From: Pseudomonadota bacterium
Lineage (GTDB): Bacteria > Desulfobacterota > Binatia > Binatales > Binataceae
Assembly (NCBI GenBank): GCA_021325355.1
Contig: JAJPHI010000009.1
Coordinates: 387,144-451,143 of the forward strand
Direction of reading: 5' to 3'
Length of the DNA: 64,000 nucleotides
Shown here one piece after another: positions 57,159-64,000 of the stretch (positions are counted from its first letter, which is position 1; each line of letters starts with the position of its first letter). Under the pieces are notes generated by a model. The model ran no database searches and was not told the origin of the DNA. It saw nothing but the letters and a program-made list of their open reading frames with translations. Made by a program: the position numbers and the translations under genes.

Positions 57159-59339
57159 TCAGTCGGCCGCCGCACGCAGACGTTCGGTCAGCCGGCTGAA
57201 GCGGCGGCGCTCGTCTTCATTGCGCACCGCCTGCATCAGGGCGTTCCGCGTGCCAACCAGGATACAGACCCGTTCGGCCCGCGTGATCGCCGTGTAGAGC
57301 AGGTTGCGCCGCAGCATCAGGTAATGCGTCTGATGGAGCGGCATGACCACCGCCGGATACTGACTGCCCTGGCTCTTGTGGATCGAGATGGCGTAGCCCA
57401 GTCCAAGCTCGTCGAGCTCGGATAAATCGTATTCCGCGTGCGCGTCCTCGAATCTCACGCCGAGCCTGCCGCGCGTGGCATCGACCGCGATCACCCGCCC
57501 GATGGCGCCGTTGAAAATCTGCTTGTCGTAGTCATTGCGCAGTTGGATAACCCGATCCCCTTCGCGAAAGATCCGGTCGCCGGCGCGCAGCTCCGGCCCC
57601 GTCGGATTGAGCAGGGCCTGCAATTCCGCATTCAGCGTATGGACCCCCAGCGGACCCCGATTCATCGGCGTCAGCACCTGGATCTCGCTGCTGTCGCTGA
57701 GACCGAACCGGCCGACCAGCCGATGCCGCACGAGTTCCTTGATCGTCCCCAGCACATCCTGCGGCGCGCTGCGCTCGAAAAAGAAAAAATCATCGTCGGC
57801 GCGATTCGCCGTCTGCGGCGGCTCGCCGCGGTTCAATCGATGCGCATTGGCGACGATAAGACTGTGGCGCGCCTGCCGGAAAACTTCGCGCAGATGCGCC
57901 ACCGGGACCATCTCCGAGGCGATAACGTCGTTGAGCACGCTGCCCGGTCCGACCGACGGCAGTTGATCGCGATCGCCCACCAGCAGCAGGGAGGAGTTGG
58001 GCGTGAGCGCCTCCAGCAGCGCCGCCGCCAGCTCGACATCCATCATCGAGGCTTCATCGACAATCAGGTAATTGGTGCGCAGGGGAAACGCGCGATTGCG
58101 CACGAAGCTCTGCGTCTCCGGCGCATACTCGAGCAGCCGATGGATGGTGCGCGCCTCGCGCCCCGTCGCCTCCGCGATCCGCCGCGCCGCCCGCCCGGTC
58201 GGCGCACAGAGCATCGGCTTCAGCCCGGCGGCGTCGAGCGCCGCCAGAATCGAGCGCAGCAGCGCCGTTTTACCGGTCCCGGGCCCGCCCGTGATCACAC
58301 TTACACGACTCCTCAAGGCGAAGCCGAGCGCGCGCTGCTGATCGGCATTCGGCGCAAAGTCGGCGTTCGCTTCGAGCGCAGCCGCGAGCGCCGCATTTGC
58401 CGCCTTCTCGCCAAGCGGCCGCCCCGCGCAGAGCATCCGGAGGCAGGCGGCCACCGCGGTTTCCGCGACGTGCAAGCGCTTCAGATAAACCGCCGCATCC
58501 GCCGCCGTCCCCTCGACCACCACTTCGCCGCTCACCGCCAGTTCGCCGACCGCCGTGCGGACCAGTTCCGGCTCGAGCTCGAGTTCCTGCTGAAACTGGC
58601 CCTCGAGATAGCCGAGCGGCGCATATACGTGCCCCTCCTCCGCCATCCGTTCAAGCAGATAGAGCGCCGCCCCGCGCGCCCGCTGCAACGAATTGCGTGG
58701 CACGCCGAGTTTTTCCGCAACCTGGTCGGCCGTGCGAAAGCCGATCCCCGCGATCGTTCGCGCCAGAACGTACGGATCGCTCCGCACCGTCTCGAGCGCC
58801 GCCGCCCCGTACATCTTGTAGATCCGCCGCGCATGAACCGAGCTGATCCCGTGTCCGCGCAGAAAAACCGTGAGCTCGCGCTCCCCCGAAGCGTCGCGCC
58901 ACGCCGCCGCGATCCGCTGCGCCGCCACCCGCGGCAGCCCGCGCACCTCATGCAGGCGCTCTGGACTGCGCTCCAGCACGACCGCCAGCTCTTCGCCGAA
59001 ATGGCTCGCGATCCGCCGCGCCAGCGCCGGACCCACCCCCCTGATCTCCGCCGCCAGATATCGTTCCAGCGCCAACACTCCCGCCGGTCGCACGACTTCG
59101 ACCCCCTCGACCCGAAACTGCTCACCGTAGCGCGGATGCTTTTCGTAGCGGCCTTCCAGTCTGAGCGCCGCGCCGATCTCGATCCCACCCAGATCACCAA
59201 CCACCGTCACCCGCCGTCCGCCGCTACCCCCTTGCGCGTCGGTTTCGACCAGCGCCACCGTGTAGTCCGTCGAGGCGTTGGCATAGAGCACCTGATACAG
59301 CGTGCCCTCGATAACCTCCGGCGCCGTCGGATTGCTCAT
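57159..59339 (-). CDS. RecD2-like SF1B ATP-dependent DNA helicase
   Basis: Walker A 'ITGGPGTGKT', HhH region and C-terminal UvrD-like domain. 726 aa. Confidence 0.85.
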   Translation of the reverse strand: MSNPTAPEVIEGTLYQVLYANASTDYTVALVETDAQGGSGGRRVTVVGDLGGIEIGAALRLEGRYEKHPRYGEQFRVEGVEVVRPAGVLALERYLAAEIRGVGPALARRIASHFGEELAVVLERSPERLHEVRGLPRVAAQRIAAAWRDASGERELTVFLRGHGISSVHARRIYKMYGAAALETVRSDPYVLARTIAGIGFRTADQVAEKLGVPRNSLQRARGAALYLLERMAEEGHVYAPLGYLEGQFQQELELEPELVRTAVGELAVSGEVVVEGTAADAAVYLKRLHVAETAVAACLRMLCAGRPLGEKAANAALAAALEANADFAPNADQQRALGFALRSRVSVITGGPGTGKTALLRSILAALDAAGLKPMLCAPTGRAARRIAEATGREARTIHRLLEYAPETQSFVRNRAFPLRTNYLIVDEASMMDVELAAALLEALTPNSSLLLVGDRDQLPSVGPGSVLNDVIASEMVPVAHLREVFRQARHSLIVANAHRLNRGEPPQTANRADDDFFFFERSAPQDVLGTIKELVRHRLVGRFGLSDSSEIQVLTPMNRGPLGVHTLNAELQALLNPTGPELRAGDRIFREGDRVIQLRNDYDKQIFNGAIGRVIAVDATRGRLGVRFEDAHAEYDLSELDELGLGYAISIHKSQGSQYPAVVMPLHQTHYLMLRRNLLYTAITRAERVCILVGTRNALMQAVRNEDERRRFSRLTERLRAAAD

Positions 59340-59535
59340 CGCGCCCGCTGCCCGCTCGTCCTCACTCGATTGGCCTCGGCAATGACCTTCGGAATGTGCA
59401 AAGACCTCGCGTCATGTTTTCGCATCTTGCGCAGAAACTCCCGTCGTACCGTGCAAAACCCTCACAAATGCTTAAGTTATTTTTGGGCACAGTCCATGCT
59501 TCTCGGTGCTCAACCATTCAGGGAGGTGTCAGCCA

Positions 59536-59714
59536 TGTTCGAGCCTTCAATCTCAATCATCGTCATCGGGCTGCTGGTCACGGCGTTTCTAATGACGGTC
59601 AACTGGGCTCTCTGGAGCTCATCCGATAAACGTATCGCGCAGGGCAATCGCGGCGTCGGTCTCGCGACCGGTACGCCGACTCATCCTGACGGCGGTTTCC
59701 GTCATGCAGCCTGA
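59536..59714 (+). CDS. Small hydrophobic membrane protein (59 aa)
   Basis: ATG 59536 with GGAGG SD 7 nt upstream. 'MFEPSISIIVIGLLVTAFLMTVNWALW' is a single TM helix. It is the in-frame tail of a long shadow ORF antisense to the helicase gene. Confidence 0.4.
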
Positions 59715-59922
59715 CCCCGCGATGGCGGCCGGAGCCGAGCTCCGTCCGCCATCATTCGACCACCGACCATGATAGCCCCGACTCACTCAGCTCAGTAGGA
59801 TCCTGCGGCCGAGATTTCCCCTAGCCGCCGCGCCGCCGTTCACTCGCCGACCTATCGATCTGGTCCGCTTCAGCACATACATTTTCTGACACGTCTCGTC
59901 CCTTTTCCTGCTGGGGATCACG

Positions 59923-62016
59923 ATGCCGGTTTTCGTGACGCGCCTGAAGACTCGCCCGCGGGCAGCGCTGATACTCGTCCTGAGCCTGAGTATGCTGCTC
60001 CTCGCCGATCGACGCGTCGGCACGGCGGCGAACCCCACGAGCCGCGTCACGCCGAGTCCGACCGCTACCGCAGCGCCCACGACCACTCATGCCGCCGCGG
60101 TCACGCCGAGCGTCGCTGCGACGCCGACCCGGGCCGCCGGTCCGGAACCTTCGGCCGCGCTCGATCGCAGCGCGCTGCTGACCTACCTCGGCGAGGTCGT
60201 CCGATGGCATCAGCAACTTGCCGGCCTCGCGCGCGCGGCCCAGGATCCGGGCGAGCAGATCTATGCCGCCGACGATCGTCGGCTGGCCAACGAAGCCTTG
60301 CAACTCGCCTTTGATTTCGCCCACGCCGTCGCGCCGCTCCTCGAGCCTGCCAGCGCCGCCGCCCCGCCAGCCGCCGCCTCACCCAATGAGGTTGCCGCCG
60401 GCGCCGCCAATGCCGTCCAGTTGAGCGCGCGGCGCGCCGAATTGCAGAACAATCTTGACGATCTGCAGGACCGGATTAAAACCTTGAACCGCAGGCTGAG
60501 CCCCGCTACCGCCAAAAATCGCGCGGAACTGAATCGCGAACTGCTCGCCGCCCAGGCGCAATTCGAGCTGACCCAATCGCGTATCGATTCGCTCGACGCG
60601 ATGATCGCCTTTCAGCAAACCACCGCCGGTACTCTCGCCTCCGGGCTCGTCGCCGAAATCGACGAGTTACAACGGGCCAGCACCCCGGCTAAAACAGCGG
60701 CGCCTTCCGCGGCGGCATCCGGCGGCCCGGGATTGCTGGCCGGTGCCCAGCGCTTCCTCTCGATCCTCGATAAGCAACGCGCGCTCGCCAACGCCAATCT
60801 CGTGTCGCGTCAGCTTCTGGACAAGACCACCGCCCTGCACGCGACCGTGCTCCAGCGGCTTAACCAAATCGACGCCCAGGGTCTCAGCCGCAGTCTTCAG
60901 GCCAACAACACCACCACTGCGGCGATCAACCAGGAACGCGCACAATTCCAGCAACTGACCCAGCGCGGCAAGACGCTCGCCAACGCCCTCCTGCCGCTCT
61001 CCAAAGAGCTCGTGACGCTCCGTCTCTATGTCGCCAACCTGAAGCAATGGCGCGAAAAGGCCCACGAGCAGGCCCGTGCCGCGCTGCGCGAACTGGCTCT
61101 CCGCGGCTCCATCATGGGCGCGATGCTCCTTGCGGTGTTCGTCGCCTCCATCGTCTGGCATCGGCTCACCGTCCGTTACGTCCAGGATTTGCAGCGGCGC
61201 CACCAGCTCCTGCGCCTGCGCCGCTTCGTCGTCGGCACCGCCGTCATTCTGATTTTACTGGTGAGCTTCGCCGCCTCCCTCGGCTCCTTTGCCACCATCA
61301 TGGGTTTCGCTGCCGCCGGCATCGCCGTCGCCCTGCAGAACGTTATCCTGTCGGTCGCCGGCTACTTCTACCTCAGCGGACGCTTCGGCATCCGCGTCGG
61401 CGACCGCGTGCAGATCGCCGGCGTCAATGGCGACGTCCTCGAAATCGGTTTTTTCAAAATCACCCTGATGGAACTGGTTGGCGACGAACGCGGCTACCAG
61501 ACCAGCGGCCGCGCCGTGATCTTCCCCAACTCCATCGTCTTCCAGCCGAGCAGCAATTTCTTCCGTCAGCTCCCCGGCGCCAACTTCGGCTGGCGTGAGA
61601 TGCGTTTTACGGTCGCCGCCGATACCGACTATCGGCTCGCCGAAAAACGTCTCGGCGACGTCGTCAACGACGTCTTCGCCCGTTATCGCGACGTCATTCA
61701 GCGTGAAGCCCATCAGGCCGAGGACAAACTGAATCTGCGACTCGAAACGCCGCGGCCGCGCACCCGCCTGCAGCTCGGTCCCAACGGCCTCGAAATCGTC
61801 ATCCGCTACCCGGTGATCCTGCGCAACTCGATGCAGGTCTCCGACGATATCACCCGCCGCCTCATCGACGCGCTCGCCACCGACCCCGCGCTCCGCCTCG
61901 CCACCATCGGTACGCCGATCATTCAGCCGGGTCAGCCGCCGGCCCCGGCTGCGCCCACCGACAAGGCCGACCAGTCGACCATTCGCCTGACCGCCCCGCG
62001 CGAGCGTTCCGGCTGA
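59923..62016 (+). CDS. Mechanosensitive channel, MscS family (MscK-like, with long periplasmic coiled-coil N-domain)
   Basis: Signal peptide, about 400-aa Ala/Gln/Leu-rich coiled-coil region, TM helices, then MscS beta-domain 'VGDRVQIAGVNGDVLEIGFFKITLMELVGDERGYQTSGRAVIFPNSIVF'. Confidence 0.8.
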   Translation: MPVFVTRLKTRPRAALILVLSLSMLLLADRRVGTAANPTSRVTPSPTATAAPTTTHAAAVTPSVAATPTRAAGPEPSAALDRSALLTYLGEVVRWHQQLAGLARAAQDPGEQIYAADDRRLANEALQLAFDFAHAVAPLLEPASAAAPPAAASPNEVAAGAANAVQLSARRAELQNNLDDLQDRIKTLNRRLSPATAKNRAELNRELLAAQAQFELTQSRIDSLDAMIAFQQTTAGTLASGLVAEIDELQRASTPAKTAAPSAAASGGPGLLAGAQRFLSILDKQRALANANLVSRQLLDKTTALHATVLQRLNQIDAQGLSRSLQANNTTTAAINQERAQFQQLTQRGKTLANALLPLSKELVTLRLYVANLKQWREKAHEQARAALRELALRGSIMGAMLLAVFVASIVWHRLTVRYVQDLQRRHQLLRLRRFVVGTAVILILLVSFAASLGSFATIMGFAAAGIAVALQNVILSVAGYFYLSGRFGIRVGDRVQIAGVNGDVLEIGFFKITLMELVGDERGYQTSGRAVIFPNSIVFQPSSNFFRQLPGANFGWREMRFTVAADTDYRLAEKRLGDVVNDVFARYRDVIQREAHQAEDKLNLRLETPRPRTRLQLGPNGLEIVIRYPVILRNSMQVSDDITRRLIDALATDPALRLATIGTPIIQPGQPPAPAAPTDKADQSTIRLTAPRERSG

Positions 62017-62067
62017 ATCGCCACGCCGCACCTCTGACGAAACCCGCGCGACAGTGTCGCCTGATTT

Positions 62068-63636
62068 TCAGTGCTTCGGCCGCGTCGCCGCGCGCGCGAG
62101 GCACTCCGGAGTTTCGCCGGTGGTCCGCCACGCGACGAAATACCGGCCGTGGAACACCTCCTGCCGGCACTCGGACGCGCTCGCGAACTCCCTCGCCGGC
62201 CACTCGGCGAGGCTCAACATGCCCGGGATGTTCGGCGCGATGATCCACGTCGCGGCGCTGAGCGCGGCGTGCTCCCGCGCGAGATCCCCCGCCGTCGCCA
62301 CCCCCGGCACGAGAAACGCCGCCGGCTCGCGCTCAACCCAGGGGCACAGCCGGCCCGCCGCACCGATCCAACTCGACACCACCACTCGCTCACCGCCCGC
62401 CGCCGCTCTTAGCTGCGCCCACTCCGCAAGCTCCGCCGCCGGCGCATACAGTCCCGCGGTCTCCGGCGATCGCACCATCCGGCGCCATCCCGCCGCCGCG
62501 TTCTCGATCCAGCTCACGTTGGCCAGCACCGCGAGCCCGCACAGCACGAGCGTAATCAGCCGCCAACCCGCTAATCCGCCGGCCATCACCAGGCCGCTGA
62601 CCAGCACGTAAGCGTAATACTGCCACGACGCAGGACCGCCAAAAAAAACGCCGATAAAGCCCAGATGCATGATCGTGCAACTGACCATCACCGCGAACCG
62701 GCGACCCCACTCCACGTGCCCACCGAGCGCGATCGCGCTGGCCGCGACCAGCGCCGCCGTTCCGGCGATCCAGAACACGACCGGCGTGCCGAAATAGTAT
62801 CCGAGCGTCGCTCCCGGCAGATACAGAAACCGGCTTCCGCTGTCGAAGATCCCCAGATGCAGTACGTGATAGGCCTGCGCGCCGGCGCTCGGCAAGAGCG
62901 TCGTCGCCACCGCCGCCGCGCCGAAGCGCGCCCCCAGCAGGGTGACCAGGACCACTCCGACGAGCGCCGCCGGCAGCAATTCCCGCCCAACCCTGCCGAC
63001 AATCTCAGTCAGTCGCGCCTGACCCGCCCGTCTCGTCCGCTCGCACTCAATTCCCACGATAGCGACCAGGATAGCCCCGTACAGGTAGCCCATCGTCGGC
63101 TTGGTAAAGACCGCCGCCGTCGCCAGACCAAGGGCGGCGCGGTACCGGCCGCGCAGTTGACTGAGTATCGCCGTCGCCAGCAGCGCGGCCTCCAAAATGT
63201 GCGGCAGATCCGCGCCGAGTTCCGTGATAAACGGCAGCGCCGCCGCGACCAGCAGCCGCTCCCGCCCGCCGCCCGCCGCCGCAATCTGGCCGAGCGCAAG
63301 GGCGAACCACACCGTGACGATCGCGCTTATCAGCAGAAACGATCCCGGCGTGGCGCCCGCCATCGCATAGCAGGCTTCCTGCACCAGGAGCGGAAGCAAA
63401 CCGTACTGCCAGCCAAAATCGATTCCCGGTCGCAGTCCCTGTTTGAGCAGATCATGCGCGACCAGGTAACCGCCACAATCCCAGAACGCGAAATTGTTGA
63501 AGTTATATAGTAGCGGTAACCGCCAAAGATAAACCGCCGCGAGCTCTGCTACGAACGCCGCCCCCAGCCATCCCCCGCGCCCAGCCTTCATCCCACAACG
63601 CATAGCGGAAAGGCCGGCCCGAGAGCCAGTCGCCAC
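62068..63636 (-). CDS. Polytopic integral membrane protein, possibly GT-C-fold glycosyltransferase-like
   Basis: 522 aa with at least 12 hydrophobic segments. A conserved-looking acidic/aromatic first-loop motif 'FAFWDCGGYL'. No soluble catalytic motif. Function inferred weakly. Confidence 0.4.
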   Translation of the reverse strand: MATGSRAGLSAMRCGMKAGRGGWLGAAFVAELAAVYLWRLPLLYNFNNFAFWDCGGYLVAHDLLKQGLRPGIDFGWQYGLLPLLVQEACYAMAGATPGSFLLISAIVTVWFALALGQIAAAGGGRERLLVAAALPFITELGADLPHILEAALLATAILSQLRGRYRAALGLATAAVFTKPTMGYLYGAILVAIVGIECERTRRAGQARLTEIVGRVGRELLPAALVGVVLVTLLGARFGAAAVATTLLPSAGAQAYHVLHLGIFDSGSRFLYLPGATLGYYFGTPVVFWIAGTAALVAASAIALGGHVEWGRRFAVMVSCTIMHLGFIGVFFGGPASWQYYAYVLVSGLVMAGGLAGWRLITLVLCGLAVLANVSWIENAAAGWRRMVRSPETAGLYAPAAELAEWAQLRAAAGGERVVVSSWIGAAGRLCPWVEREPAAFLVPGVATAGDLAREHAALSAATWIIAPNIPGMLSLAEWPAREFASASECRQEVFHGRYFVAWRTTGETPECLARAATRPKH

Positions 63637-64000
63637 CCGCGCCCGCCCGGATGACGCTCAGCGGCGCAGCTTGCCGCAGCGCCGGCGCACTAGCTAATCG
63701 CCGGCGTCTGTCCGATGCTGTATACGGCGCACAGCACCAGCGTCTCATTCGGTCCCGCGGTCGATCCGGCCGCCGGCAGCGTCAGCATCGTATCCCAGGC
63801 CGCCCCGAGACCCAGCGCCGCGCGCGATATCGGCGTGAGCTGCACAATCGGACCCACCGGCGTCGGCAGCACGGCACCGGAGACCGGCAGATACATCAGC
63901 GAAAACACCGCGCCACCCGGATCGATCATTGCTCAGGCCTCCGCGCCTCCAATCGATATCCACTTCGCTCCGATGGCTATCCACTTCAGTAGGCGCATAC

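Noticed and set aside
1-64000. CRISPR arrays, rRNA/tRNA genes, transposases/integrases
   Set aside because: No direct-repeat or spacer periodicity, no rRNA/tRNA signatures, and no transposase, integrase or recombinase motifs were seen in any frame.

Overview
This is a high-GC (roughly 65-70%) bacterial chromosomal segment, probably from an uncultured or environmental lineage. It has dense coding, no rRNA or tRNA genes, and no CRISPR array or obvious mobile element. Most of the window is core metabolism and housekeeping. (1) On the minus strand there is a complete rimP-nusA-ylxR-infB-DUF503-rbfA-truB ribosome-maturation operon, followed by ptsP and a B12-binding radical SAM gene. (2) On the plus strand there is a complete pyruvate-dehydrogenase-type complex (E1 alpha, E1 beta, E2, E3) followed directly by lipB and lipA. 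(3) On the minus strand there is a membrane-arm-only NADH dehydrogenase module, nuoH-J-K-L-M-N, with no nuoA or nuoI. (4) The remaining genes are housekeeping: rnhB, rsmD-coaD, an aminotransferase, a NUDIX hydrolase, a RecD2-type helicase, panE, an MFS transporter, an MMPL transporter and an MscS channel. The unusual material falls into three groups: (a) At 573-6281 (the window's start) a tightly packed seven-gene plus-strand operon encodes uncharacterised proteins: two large Sec-signal proteins (one Gly/Ser/Thr-rich with a tail-fibre-like motif, one Cys-rich), a GT-A-like glycosyltransferase, a cytoplasmic papain-like cysteine peptidase, and a small TM protein whose stop overlaps (ATGA) the start of a lipoprotein. 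This could be a novel envelope or secreted-protein system or a degenerate phage tail-fibre/lysis module. (b) Three small exported proteins share a conserved C-terminal SPMASP-type motif. Two of them carry His/Arg-rich blocks, and all three have strong ribosome-binding sites. Two sit in a cell-wall-remodelling neighbourhood (two S11 carboxypeptidases, an L,D-transpeptidase, a TPR protein, a DPM-synthase-like GT2 and tandem flavin reductases), and the third lies upstream of the nuo module. (c) Other oddities: an in-frame TAG stop at codon 15 of the E2 lipoyl domain, a 22-bp perfect palindrome between divergent genes, a GT2-methyltransferase fusion, and an intrinsic-terminator-like hairpin upstream of rimP. 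All functional calls rest on motif recognition in the translated ORFs. No database search was possible.
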